A DNA stretch of 64,000 bases from Octopus vulgaris (taxonomy: Eukaryota), in the NCBI GenBank assembly GCA_951406725.2, contig OX597834.1, positions 1,178,001-1,242,000 of the forward strand. Direction: 5' to 3'. This document shows, in pieces, positions 27,013 to 39,953 of this stretch. How positions within the stretch are numbered: the stretch's first letter is position 1; every line of letters starts with the position of its first letter. The notes beneath the pieces are model-generated. The model made no database searches and was not told the DNA's origin. It worked only from the letters and a program-made list of their open reading frames with translations. The translations under genes were made by a program, and so were the position numbers.

Positions 27013-27066
27013 ATAACCGAAGAGATGGTGTTGTGGATTTACTTCGGCATCTGAAACTAGTTTTAT
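27013..27066 (+). ncRNA. Degenerate type I hammerhead (U4C)
   Basis: ATAA-CCGAAGA-GATG...CATC-T-GAAA-CTAG-TT-TTAT. Confidence 0.45.
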
Positions 27067-27137
27067 ATATATAACATATATATATATACATAATATTAGG
27101 TCTCTTTCTTTCTTTTATATACCTTTTATATATATAT

Positions 27138-27673
<536 letters not shown>

Positions 27674-27861
27674 AGTAGTTGAATGAATTATCTTATTATG
27701 GATAATTCGGTTAACCGATACCTGGGTAGCAAATTCATGTCAGAAAAACACGGTTGAAGCTACATGCCAAGGGCAGAGATCACGTGCTTTCGTGTGGAAA
27801 TTTGTGTGTTTTTTTAATACAAATAAATGAAAGAATGGAGTTGAACGACGAATTAACAAAA

Positions 27862-27960
27862 TTCCTTTATTCTCGACATATGTTTCGAAGGCTGCATATT
27901 CCTAATTTCGAAGGAATAAGGGGTGCATTATGCCGCCTTCTCATCAGGAAAAACAAGGAA
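27862..27960 (-). ncRNA. Type I hammerhead ribozyme, intact core (minus-strand copy)
   Basis: Exact reverse complement of 28753-28851. Confidence 0.85.
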
Positions 27961-28752
27961 CTTATGTCAGCATCAAGATGAGCAAAAACTTTTAGATGAC
28001 TGCCCACATGGAGTCCATAGCGATAATGAGTGTTTCTTTAAAATATTCCGTTATAAGCAGTGACGTCAAAAATGGTTGAATGTAGAAGATTCTAGAAGGT
28101 TCAAGGGTTCAAACAAGGTAGGAGGAGAGAGGTCTAAGAATAGGAAGGTGACAGGGTGCAAGTCATATGAATGGTGATTTGTTGTTGTTTTCTTTTGTGA
28201 ATGAGTGCCTATGTGTGTGTATGTATATAATTGCATTCATGTCTATGTGTGTGTATGTGTGTGCGTGATTGAGTGTGTGGTTGGATAGATCCCAAAACAA
28301 ACAGTGGTGAAGTGACAGGTTTGTGTCTGTGTGTTTGATTGTGCTTACGATAGAGAGAGGGAAAGAGAGAGAGAGAGGAGGAGGGCGAGGTAGAGAGACA
28401 AAGGTAAAACATACCTCAATGAATTGGGTAGTAGTCCTTTATGTATATAAAAATTTTACTATTGGGGTGATGTATAAATGGGACCAAATTATTAAAATTC
28501 AAGGAGGTTATCTATATTAATCATCATTGATATGAGTGAAAGGTGTGTTTCTGCCAGTGCATGCACCTATAGGATTTTTCGACCATTGTATTTATTAAAG
28601 GGACTTTGGTGAGCCTTCTAGAATCTTCTACATTCAACCATTTTTGACGTCACTGCTTATAACGGAATATTTTAAAGAAACACTCATTATCGCTATGGGC
28701 TCTGTGTGGGCAGTCATCTAAAAGTTTTTGTTCATCTTGATGCTGACATAAG

Positions 28753-28851
28753 TTCCTTGTTTTTCCTGATGAGAAGGCGGCATAATGCACCCCTTATTCC
28801 TTCGAAATTAGGAATATGCAGCCTTCGAAACATATGTCGAGAATAAAGGAA
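28753..28851 (+). ncRNA. Type I hammerhead ribozyme, intact core, extended stem II
   Basis: CTGATGA at 28766-28772; stem II GAAGGC/GCCTTC plus GCATA/TATGC; GAAA 28827-28830; CATATG; GUC site at 28836-28838; stem I 5 bp + 2x2 loop + 6 bp. Confidence 0.85.
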
Positions 28852-28969
28852 TTTTGTTAATTCGTCGTTCAACTCCATTCTTTCATTTATTTATATATAT
28901 ATATATTCTTATATGTATGTATATAGAGGCGTATATATATCTGAATATATGTCTGTGTATGTATGAGTG

Positions 28970-29095
<126 letters not shown>

Positions 29096-29387
29096 AGTAA
29101 AGGTCTGAAATCCTTCGCTGATATATCCCAAAATTCATGTTTTAAATCTTGTCAACTTTACCTCCTGGAGTAATTCCCCATTCAACCCTAGCCCAAACTC
29201 TCCATTCCTCCCAAATTAATAAAATGTACGTGGTTGGGGTTGGAGATAAATAACACAGTGAACAGGGTGGAAGTTGAACTGAGAACGTGTGTGGAAGTAC
29301 TTAGAAGATATGTAAATATAAAAACAGCTGGAGCGTCGGTGGACAACTTTTTAGTCATTTAATCCGGCAAGACAGTGCTTTTGTCGT

Positions 29388-29441
29388 TCATCGTCTTTTA
29401 GAAAGAATATCAACTTGTAGAACCAATAAACGAGAAGACAG
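29388..29441 (-). CDS. Possible terminal coding exon of a host gene (LSSRLLVLQVDILSKRR*)
   Basis: Acceptor TATTTATTGTCTCAG; phase 0 fits the donor at 30315. Confidence 0.3.
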   Translation of the reverse strand: MSSRLLVLQVDILSKRR

Positions 29442-29616
29442 CTGAGACAATAAATAGGAATCTTTGTGGATGGAAATACTTTCTGTTTTGTGAACCAATT
29501 CCATAGACCATATTTCTAAACATGTTTTGTCAATATCAAAATGGATTCACCCGACTCCAAAATCTGTTCTTTAAATGAAGCAAAGATGGTATATGTAAAC
29601 AGAGACCAAAAAAAAT

Positions 29617-29694
<78 letters not shown>

Positions 29695-29778
29695 TTGTCA
29701 GTTCCTCCAGAAATACATAATATTAAAAGAAACTAGAATATTTCTTTTGATGATATAAAAGAAAACCAAACTACAATA

Positions 29779-29837
<59 letters not shown>

Positions 29838-30314
29838 GATGACGACGACGACGACGATGATTTAATTTCAGAATTTCAGAAACACTTCAAATATTTGATG
29901 AAAGATTCTCAGCACTGCTGACCCAGCAGTTTAAGAATACTTCGTGTCAGTTTATTTTGATGCTGTCGGAAACACTTGTTATATTATTTATAGATATACA
30001 TCTATATAAGGCGACGAACTGGTAGAATTGGTGGAGCATCGAAATAAATGATTTGCGCTGTTTGTTCCGGCTGTTTGCGTTTTGACTGCCGAGGTCAATA
30101 AAACATGTCAATTTTTGGAGTTGATAAAATAGAATAAAGCCCCTCCTCTCGAAACTGTTCATCTGTCTGTATTAGAAGCCTCTGTATCTGTCTAATTTGG
30201 TTTATATACGAAAGTCACGATGTGATGTTGAAACGAGTCATCTTTATCAGACTAAAACCATTTCTCAACAAGAGATATAAATAAAGCTACTCTGATTGGT
30301 TAATTTTATATTAC

Positions 30315-30569
30315 CTGACTGCGCATGTCACAATACTTCTCTGACGATAACGTTTGTAAAATAACTGCTTCGTCATATGTCAGTAAACTCTCTGGACCGA
30401 AGTCCGTTTCAAGTTTGAGTATTTTAGATGGTTCAAAACTCCTTCTTCTGCATTTCAATGGGACCACTAACGTACATGAGTTACCATCCATTGTTAGTCG
30501 AGAGGTCAAATAATGTGGCCAACTAACAGTAAAATCGTTGGGAATGAAACATTTCTCTTTTTCCCTTTC
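30315..30569 (-). CDS. Possible internal coding exon of a host gene
   Basis: Non-repetitive open frame ...WPHYLTSRLTM...SSEKYCDMRSQ ending at CAG|GTAATA; candidate exon starts at 30522 or 30569, each after an AG. Confidence 0.35.
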
Positions 30570-30999
30570 CTAGAAAATTTCCTGCTACATTTCAAAGTCC
30601 TCTCTTCGTTTGTTGCAAAAGTGACCAAAATTAAGCATCAATTCACATATGACAATTTGACTGATATCGGAGCCCATCAGAGTTTGCTGGTTCCCGAAGG
30701 ACTTTTTTTTTAATAAGGACTTCGATGACAGAAGGGAAAACTTGAACTCAAGACTCAAAGAGCCGGAACTATTAAATCAAAACATCTCGCCACAACCTCT
30801 AACGTTCTGCTTTCGACGCTCACTTAACTTATCGACCCCGAATAGATAAAAGGCAATGCTGATTTGGTCCGTATTTTAAGTCCTGGAGTCGATTTGTTCG
30901 ACTAAAGGCGGTGCTCCAGCATGGCCGCAGTGAAATGACTGAAACAAAAGAGTAAAAGAATCAAAGAAAATATGCTTATATGTATATGCATAGATATAT

Positions 31000-31225
31000 A
31001 TCACCGTGACCGACCAAGCTATCAGATGTTGCTACACATCGCTGGTCACAATGCGCTTTGCATTGTTTTAGCCTTCAAACGACGTCACCCCGCTAGCTAA
31101 GTGAGCATGCCAACAGAAGAAAGAGTGAGAGAAAGTTGTGGTGAAAGAGTACAGCAGGGATCGCCACCACTCCCTGCCGGAGCGTCGTGGAGCTTTAGGT
31201 GTTTTTCGCTCAATAAACACTCACA
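31000..31225 (-). mobile_element. SINE family B, 3' part
   Basis: Reverse complement of 34600-34830. Confidence 0.8.
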
Positions 31226-31261
31226 TAGATAGATAGATATACTATGTATCAAATAGTACAT

Positions 31262-31465
31262 CAGATATAACTGGCACTCCGTCGGTTACGACGACGAGTT
31301 TTCCAGTTGATCCGATCAATGGAACAGCGTGAAATTAACGTGCACATCTGAATACACCACGGACACGTACCTTTAACGTAGTTCTCCGGCAATTCAGCGT
31401 GACACAGGGTGTGACAAATCCAGACCTTTGAAATACAGGCACTACACATTTTTGCCAGCTGAGTA
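31262..31465 (-). mobile_element. SINE family C fragment
   Basis: Similarity to 18085-18330 and 37985-38292. Confidence 0.7.
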
Positions 31466-31499
31466 TGAACGTATATATATATATATCACGCGTACGTAA

Positions 31500-31536
<37 letters not shown>

Positions 31537-31728
31537 TTTCTTTATTAGCCACACAGGGCTGGACACAGACGGGACAAATTGCAAAGTAGAGCTTTTCTTT
31601 TTGGGGAGAGAAAAAAAAAGGTGGGTTAGGTTTTCGATCAAGCGGGATCGTAGAAAGGAAAAAAAAAAGAAAAAGGAAGAAGAAAAAAAGAAAAAAACGA
31701 TCAATAGGGATCCTGTATCACAGAAATG

Positions 31729-31818
<90 letters not shown>

Positions 31819-32185
31819 ACAAATTTGTGTAATATATGTATCATGTGTGTACGTGTGTGTGCGTGTGCTGTATCAATCCCACAATTCAAATCGATGTCAG
31901 TGGTTAATCTTCACGTTGATCCTCTGACCACAAAGATTGCGATAAGCCACTTCTTCAGTGAAGTCACCATTCGGTAATTCATCAATAGCTCACACACCGA
32001 TCATTCCACAAATGCCAAATATCGATCCCTGATTATCCTGCTTCCCTATGGATGCAAATGGCACAACATCCAATAATGATTATTCGATTCTTAATGGTTC
32101 TGCCTGGAATTTCCATTATGAGATGTCAGTTCATATCAAATGGTAAAGTCTACATCTCTCCTCCGTTTCTTCCTACCTTTCAATG

Positions 32186-32264
<79 letters not shown>

Positions 32265-32711
32265 CGGAACAGTACATTTTATATATACACACTCACACGA
32301 AAAAATATTCCATATGTAAAACTAGATTGGGATACATTATATGACAAGCAATGGCTGTTTGAAATCAAACTCAGAATTCCACGTTTCCGATAGTTCGAAC
32401 GACTGGAGCAATCAGAAACCTTTCTAACACTCACGCGCGTGCACGCACACACGTATGTATAGAAATAGGGATACGTATTTGTGTGTACATGTATGTCTAT
32501 TTACATTCATATGTACATATAAGATCTGTAAGCGGAATGGATGACATATACAAGACTTGTCTCAAGTTCAAAATGCGCCATTGTTTTTCTTATATTTTAA
32601 ACATGGAAATTTGTACCTGTGTCAGAATCCACCCTTTCCACACAGGACGACTTCCTACAATTCAAAGCTGAACTGAACATATATCTGTATATTCGTATGT
32701 ACGTATATAAA

Positions 32712-33685
32712 TACCCCTCTTGTTGCAGGGCCCAGACGCAATAAACCCGTAAGCCCTTTAAGCACATAAGTCAATGGGCTCAACACCAATATGGATATCT
32801 CTAGATAGAGTTACGTGTTGGAGCACATCCCATTTAATATACGATCTGGATTTCACAATCACCAACTAGACAACTACATATGTAACAATTACATCGGCCA
32901 TCCTATTTAGAATAAATCCCTTTATGAATAAGATACTTGAAGTTACGATGACGGACTACATTTATACCACGCGTCTGAACACATCAGAGTGCCCTTCTTT
33001 TTGTTAATGTGTGTAAAAAAGTATTCTTCGTTACATCTAGCTTGTATAGATCGAATACAGTTCGATATAAGTTTCTCTTGATACAGAGTTGTTATACCCA
33101 AAATATTGAAATATAAGCTAAACGTGTAAACCACTGTTACTTCTGCTTACACTACTTAATTTCAAATTGGCGTTGTAGAGACAATCTTAAGCAAATTACA
33201 ATCGGTAGGTGAACTATAGAATTACTTTTTCATTATATATACGTCTTCCAAACGCCTCTACATTCAAAGCACGATTTATTCGTAATCAGAATTGTCCGAA
33301 AACCGAGATCCCTGCCGTACGGTTTTACTTCCACACACGCCAGCTTAATTCAATTCGTCCTTAGTCGAAATACGCCTGTTATTTGTACTTGTGTAACATT
33401 CTGTTTTTTTTTTTTCGTCCCTGTTTTCGTATACATTCGCTGCTTTCTTCCAAGGAAGCTAATGCTCTTAGCTTCGTTTTCCTTGGGGCTGACCAGATTG
33501 GAGCAATCTCGAGTATAACCAGCAGAAATTGCAAAGATAATCTGGAACTCGACTGAGGAAAGAAAACTCCGAATGACCCGTCATTGTTTTCTTTGTATCG
33601 TCTGTCTGGATGTTTTTTGTCCCTTTTTTGTATCCCCTAACTGTCTGGATTTTTTGCGTTCTTGTCCCATTTTCCAATTTACATA
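32712..33685 (+). mobile_element. Degraded PLE RT remnant followed by a structured terminal repeat
   Basis: PLVAGP...MDI...VLEHIPFNIR...SLYE resembles the PLE RT RPIVAG...YIxD...DxxSLYxN region; 33330-33685 is shared with 11685-11875. Confidence 0.5.
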
Positions 33686-34362
33686 TATATATATTCTTTT
33701 ATTCATTTACTCGTTTTACTGATTTTACTGGGGCCATGCTGGAGCATGAAATTTGTTCACCATTCCATAGCAGATCTGTTGTACTTACACTTTGACACTT
33801 GGCATCAGAAGCAGCTGGAGATACGATAGTTTGACTAAAAGAACCGGGTAATGCAACAAAAGAAAACATTGAAAAAACGCATTTGGCCAAATTTGGACAT
33901 ACGACAGTTCAACATTATAGCAACAATTATACATATATATATGTCTGTGTCTATATACTTTAATATATAAGCTATGTAAATATGTATGCATGAATGTATG
34001 AATGTATGCATGTATGATGTATGCATAAGTGCTTATTTTTAAGTGTGAGTTGCAGGGCAAAGCAGCAGAAATGAAGACAGCGGAAGGAAAGCAAATTTCA
34101 AGAGATTGCAGGTGTATGTAAAGAAGAATTAGTCCTAGAATATCCAGAATGAAATATATTTTCCTTCAAACTAATGAAATAAAACAGTAGTGTTACCATA
34201 GTAACCCAATATTTATATACCAAGAACACAGGTGACATCTTGCTGTGCCAGTTGCGGCATCGATTTTCTTCCCGAAATCGTTTTGTCACTGATTCCAATG
34301 GAGCGTGTGTCTTCATAATGGCCGCTTCCATGCACGGGAGCACATGTGTACGTATATATATA

Positions 34363-34414
<52 letters not shown>

Positions 34415-34489
34415 AATATATATATATTTATATATTTATATAAGTATACACATAATATAAACGTATAAGTACATGCATGTATATTTATG

Positions 34490-34525
<36 letters not shown>

Positions 34526-34829
34526 GAGGTGCAATGGCCCAGTAGTTAGGGCAGCGAACTCGCGGTCGTAGAATCGCGGTTTCGATTCCCAGACCAAGCG
34601 TTGTGAGTGTTTATTGAGCGAAAACACCTAAAAGCTCCACGAGGCTCAGGCAGGGGGTGGTGATCCCTGCTGTACTCTTTCACCACTCTTTCTCCCACTC
34701 TGTCTTCTGTTGGCCTGCTCGCTTAGCCAGCGGAGTGGCGTCATTCGAAGGCTAAAACAATGCGAACGCATTGTGACCAGCGATGTGTAAGTACATCTGA
34801 TGGACTGGTCAGTCACGTGATCACGTGAT

Positions 34830-34836
<7 letters not shown>
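34526..34836 (+). mobile_element. SINE family B, full length, (CACGTGAT)n tail
   Basis: tRNA-like head TGGCCCAGTAGTTAGG...GGTTTCGATTCCC; other copies at 31000-31225 and, degenerate, 35295-35580. Confidence 0.85.
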
Positions 34837-34880
<44 letters not shown>

Positions 34881-35609
34881 AGCATATACATAATATAAAT
34901 ATACGGGTACATATATATGTATATAATTATACATATGTTCATGATATAAGTATATATAAATACATACACGCACAAACATACACACAGTGATATACATACG
35001 TACGTACATGCATACATATATACATATATACACACATATATAAAGTAATACAAATACATTATCTTCTAATGTAATTCTTATTGTTTCGCCAAACAATTGG
35101 GGAAACGTTTTACACATGTTCTATAAACACTGTTTGCATGGAATGCGTTTGATTTCTAGAGTAGCGTGCTCTGGGTTAATTGCCAGGAGTTAACTGTAAG
35201 TCTGCATGTGTGTATATGTAGAGTTGTGTTCAGATACATACATATACCTATGTGTATAGGCGTGTGTGATTTTTTGGACATATATACATGCATGTATGCG
35301 CGTGGCCTAGTGGCCAGATTGTTATCGCAAGACACTGGTTTCGATTCCCAGACTGGTGGTATTCTGTATTCTTGAGCAGAACACTCCATTTCACATTACT
35401 TCAATCCCCTTCACTTTAAAAGGGTTACCCTGCGCAGACTGGCATTTCCTTGAAGAGGGAGTGTTAGTCTTCCCGCCAGGCTAGCAGAGTGGTGTCATTC
35501 AAAAGTTCAAGGACTCTACCGATTCAACGAAGCTCATCGCCATTAGCGGGGTATAACAACATCCCACCGGTTAGTCGATACACACACACACACACACTTT
35601 ATATATATA

Positions 35610-36000
35610 CTAGCTGAGGTACCTGGTTATACCCAGGAGCAGGGATATTCCCAGTACCCATTACAATGCAGAATTTCTCTCAGACGAACCCTGAAATCAA
35701 GACAGAAGGCGTAGGCAAATTCATTCACGAAACAATAATCCAAATAAATACGAATGTGGAATCGGAAAATGGCGATTGTTTGATGAGATGAGCGAAAAGC
35801 TGCAAATATGGAATCCAGATACATGCCTTGATTTCATTGGCCGGTAGGCGTATGCACGTGCGAGTGCACACGTGTGCGTGCACGCGTGCGATGTGTGAGA
35901 TGTTTTGAAGGCATCAATGTCGAAGTTTAATGTGTGAAAGGTATAGAAATTTGCTCAGATGTCATCCAATGAAATGAAGGCATCTGTGATTGGGCATTCT
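35610..36000 (-). mobile_element. Helitron-like 3' end
   Basis: Minus-strand hairpin CCTGG-GTATAA-CCAGG, 8 nt, then CTAG next to T; 5' extent uncertain. Confidence 0.45.
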
Positions 36001-36220
36001 GCCCTTAACATGATTTTGTAGACTGACAGACATAAAGGTGACATACAATGTATAATACTTGAGGAAGCAACATGGAACGTTTAACGATGCTTATTCGTGA
36101 CACTGGAAATGGTAAATGATTAGGAGACTTACCTGTGATTGCCGAAGTCGCGTGATATATTGGATTGAATTTCAGTGTTTTAATTACCAAATTAATCAAT
36201 CGCAGACATCTTAATTTGTC

Positions 36221-36619
36221 TTACTCTTTTAATTGTTTCAGTCATCTGACTGTGGCCATGCTGGAGCACCGCGTTTAGTCGAGCGAATCGACCCTAGGAC
36301 TTATTCTTTGTAAGCCTAGTACTTATTCTATCAGTCTCTTTGGCTGAACTGCTAAGTTACGGAGACGTAAACACACCAGCATCGGCTGTCAAGTGATGTT
36401 GGGGGGACAAACAGACACGCATATACACATACACACACACAAACACACACATATATATATATACATATACGGCGGGCTTCTTTCAGTTTCCGTCTACCAA
36501 ATCCACTCACAAGGCTTTGGTCGGGCCGAGGCTATAGTAGAAGACACTTTCCCAAGGTGCCATGCAGTGGGACTGAACCCGGAACCATGTGGTTCATAAG
36601 CAAGCTACTTACCACACAG
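36221..36619 (-). mobile_element. SINE family A, near full length
   Basis: Colinear with 25939-26353. Confidence 0.88.
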
Positions 36620-37101
36620 TCGTTCTTCGTCTAATCAAGCGAAATAGAGGTGTTTTATTTTACCTGAGTATTGTTGCAGGTGAACATAAATGCTTTCAAA
36701 TCGTCTCCTTACTAAAATTTGTATTAACCAATGATAGCAGACAGCTACTTATAACGTGGATTTTCAGGAAGCTGTGTCTCACAACACTGGCTAAAGAAGT
36801 AAGTAGTCGACGACACATAAATAGATATTACTAAGATATATATATATGTGTGTGTTTATGTGTGTGTGCGCGCATGTGTGTGCGTGTGTGTGTGCGTGTA
36901 AGTACGTATCATTTTAAGTAATTGAACGCATCCACCATTCATTCGTTCCACATAGACATTACTTATAACTAGATTATTTATATCAGGTTAGTGAATAAAT
37001 AAATAACATGATTAGATGTATTAAGAGTTGACTCGCGATATTCAGGTATGTCTAGTTGAGGCAAACATACACAAAAACACACACACACACAAGCATACAT
37101 A

Positions 37102-37134
<33 letters not shown>

Positions 37135-37352
37135 ATACATATATGTATGTATACAGAAACATATATAGAGAGTATATAGAGAGATATATAGTAAAATAGA
37201 TGTACATTTATGTGTGCGCGCGTTATGTGATTTCTGTGTGTATATCTATATACACATGTGTGTATATATATACATATGTATGTATATATGTATTATAGCA
37301 TGCATATATTGTAATGTAATATCTTATCAAACACTCACTTACACACAGATGT

Positions 37353-37396
<44 letters not shown>

Positions 37397-37984
37397 GAAC
37401 ACTTATTTTGCGTAGATGTATGTGTGTGTATGCTTGTATAAATGCATTGAAGACATGACTGTGTTTGAATGTAGTTTTCGTTCTGTGTTCTTTCTTTCTT
37501 TTTCTGTTTCTTTTTTTGCGACTATGAACGTTTCCTTGTTGTTCTTGATAAGGAAATATGAAAATGTTGAATAAAAGAGATTAAGCACGAACATAATGGT
37601 CGTTACAGTAATACACAGTAGAGGAAGAATCGTAGACAGATATGTGTGCGTGCGAGTGTGTCTGTATGTCTGTTTATATGTGTAAGTACTCTTACGCGCA
37701 CACACCCACACACACACTTCTCAAAATACTTCAAACTTCTCTTCCCACAATCATCTTCCTCCAATTTGTTCCCCCTTCCTCTTCCTCCTCCCCCCCCTTT
37801 CATTAAAGGCATAGAAACCTCGAATTATATAATGAACTGTTTCTGAGTGAATCTCTGTATATGCATGCATGTATGTAGGTAGGTATGTCTGCAAATGACT
37901 GCAAAAAGGTTTACCATCGAATGAAGCCAGTTTATGAGCCGAAGAATTCTGCACCAGCTCCTTTGCTTTCGAAAGGATGACCGC

Positions 37985-38292
37985 GGATGGTCGTTGGCTC
38001 AGGATATTTACCTCACGATTTTACGGTCATGAATACCCGGCAGCACATTGTGTCATTGCGCAAGGCCCTTTATTCCACATCCTTAGCTGGCAAAACATGA
38101 GTTGTACCCGTAATGCAAAGCGGAGTCAGCCATGTGACATTCCCTGTCACGCTGAATCTCTCTGAGAACTACATTAAGGGATATGCATGCCTGCGGTGTG
38201 CTCAGCCACTTGCACGTTCATTTCACGAGCAGGCTGTTCCGTTGATCGGATCAACCGAAACGTTCGTCAACATCGTAACCGACGGAGTGGCA
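37985..38292 (+). mobile_element. SINE family C, degenerate
   Basis: Similarity to the other family C copies. Confidence 0.65.
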
Positions 38293-39528
38293 GTATACAT
38301 GAGGACCCTACATGAGCATGAAATATTAAATTCTATTTGTTGTGTTCGTTTATGACAGCTGATACGGGGATGTGGTTGTTGGTAGGGAGTTCAGGGACAG
38401 AAGGATTAAAAGGAGGAATCGGACCTTGTGCTATTTAAAAACGTTATTTTATGTTCAGAGCTCAAAGCAAACCCGGGCATTTGTCAAAATTGTCTTTCAT
38501 AAAGTCTGAAAAGATGTCGGGCAACGGTGAGTTTATTCGACACAACTATCTTCCCCTCAGCCCCTCCATATATTAGACACATGTCCATCATAAACCTATT
38601 TAATTACAGCTAATTAATGACATTCAAAAGGATGACGGTCGCTTGTCAGAATAGGCCAAGTGTCGTAATGTATACCTTGTGAGTTGTATTCAACCATTTG
38701 AATTTCTTTGAGAAACGTGACTTTCTTCTCAATAAATGAAGTACCATTGATATGCTGAGGTATTAATGCCTAGCTGCTCACCCCGACAAATGTGTGGTAT
38801 GTAACGTTTCCTTGGCATTTATGAAAGAGGGAAGGGCTCGTGACATGGTTTAGAAAAGAGGAACGTTTTCCTCAGATCAGAGTTCAGGCCTAAATGCAAG
38901 CGCAGAGTGAACTTCGCTACATGCACCCAAAGATCAGTTGGTTGTATTAAACCTGGTGCTTAGGCTACATATGAATAATTCGATATTTATCTTTTATTGG
39001 AGAATATTCGAGAAAATGTTATATTTTCTAAACACGGCTGACATTTTAACATAATTTGGTTTAAATATTTCAAATAAATTCTAAAAAGAAATACAAATGC
39101 TGCTCGATGGAATGTATATTTTTTTATTATCATTTTAATTAATTGTTACTTCTAATTAACATGACTTCATCTACATTAATAACTCTTCATTTATGATCAC
39201 TATATTGCTTTCAAATAAGTGTATATTGTGTATGTGTGTGTATGTTTGTGTACGTGTGTATTTTGTGATGTATGTGTTCGAATTTAAATAGATATGTATA
39301 AATAGATGGGTAGATAGATATATACAATATGTGTGTATGTGCGTATATGTAATATATACATATTCCTGTGTGTGTCTGTTTGCGTGGGTTTGTATGTACA
39401 TCAAACACTAAGATATCATATAAACTGAACTGTTGTTTATATCTGTCTATATAGTTACAGTGTTCGTTAAAATCTATAAACATACATTATTTACATTTGA
39501 CGGATATTTGTCCCTATCTTGTTTGTTT

Positions 39529-39577
39529 TTAAAACAACGCTTCGGATGATATACCCTCCAGCCTTCATCAGGTGTCT
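39529..39577 (-). ncRNA. Degenerate minimal type I hammerhead
   Basis: ACAC-CTGATGA-A-GGCTG-GAGGGTATAT-CATCC-GAAG-CG-TT-GTTT; GAAA reads GAAG and stems I and II each carry a mismatch. Confidence 0.6.
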
Positions 39578-39647
39578 TGGGGAAATTTCGAACCTGGGTT
39601 CTCTTTCCTAAGATATTTTTCGATATCATTATTATTATTATTATTCA

Positions 39648-39720
39648 GGTCCCTGACTGGAATCGAACTCGAAATCTTGGAGTTAGTATCCCACGCTCTT
39701 AACCACTACTTCATATGCCC
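39648..39720 (-). ncRNA. tRNA-like module inside a PLE 3' region (not a functional tRNA)
   Basis: TGAAGTAGTGGTTAAG A-box-like, GAGTTCGATTCC B-box-like, tRNA-like spacing; the acceptor stem does not pair. Confidence 0.65.
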
Positions 39721-39749
39721 GTGAGCAATTATGGATTGAATTTTAGGGC

Positions 39750-39953
39750 TTATAAAGCTAATATTCTCCTATCTTTCCTTAATACCGGTTCCTATATGAA
39801 ACTCATATCTGCACTCGGTCTGCTTAGGGGGTTGTTGTGTCCTAGCACATGTGCTGCTTCTTTTAGTTTTCATATTTTCCAATGGTGTTCTTTGTCTATT
39901 ATTTTAACTTCATCCCACAGGAGGAGGTGGTCTCCATTTTTCCATACATGATC
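39750..39953 (-). pseudogene. C-terminus of a PLE GIY-YIG endonuclease domain
   Basis: DHVWKNGDHLLLWDEVKIIDKEHHWKIWKLKEAAHVLGHNNPLSRPSADMSFI*EPVLRKDRRILAL* fits the PLE pattern H..H.W..V.I...E.....R..KEA.HI.....L.R......W.PVL, with one TGG>TAG stop. Confidence 0.8.

Larger units (their letters stand above)
27671..28892 (-). mobile_element. PLE-type fold-back element: 283-bp inverted arms, about 150-nt tail, in (TA)n
   Basis: 27821-28103 versus 28610-28892 differ at 5 positions; tail at 27671-27820; a hammerhead in each arm. Confidence 0.85.
39482..39953 (-). mobile_element. 3' end of a Penelope-like element (ORF end, tRNA-like module, hammerhead, tail)
   Basis: See the component features below. 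Confidence 0.8.

Noticed and set aside
27821-28892. All five arm mismatches form G-U pairs on the plus strand, suggesting fixed A-to-I editing
   Set aside because: Two of them (28009-28010) are explained by CpG decay, the sample is tiny, and the 56260/56597 arms show mixed mismatch types.
36070-38760. Candidate upstream exons for the 30.3-kb frame (donor-like sites near 36132, 36663 and 38676)
   Set aside because: Phases or open frames did not fit convincingly, or the acceptors were weak.
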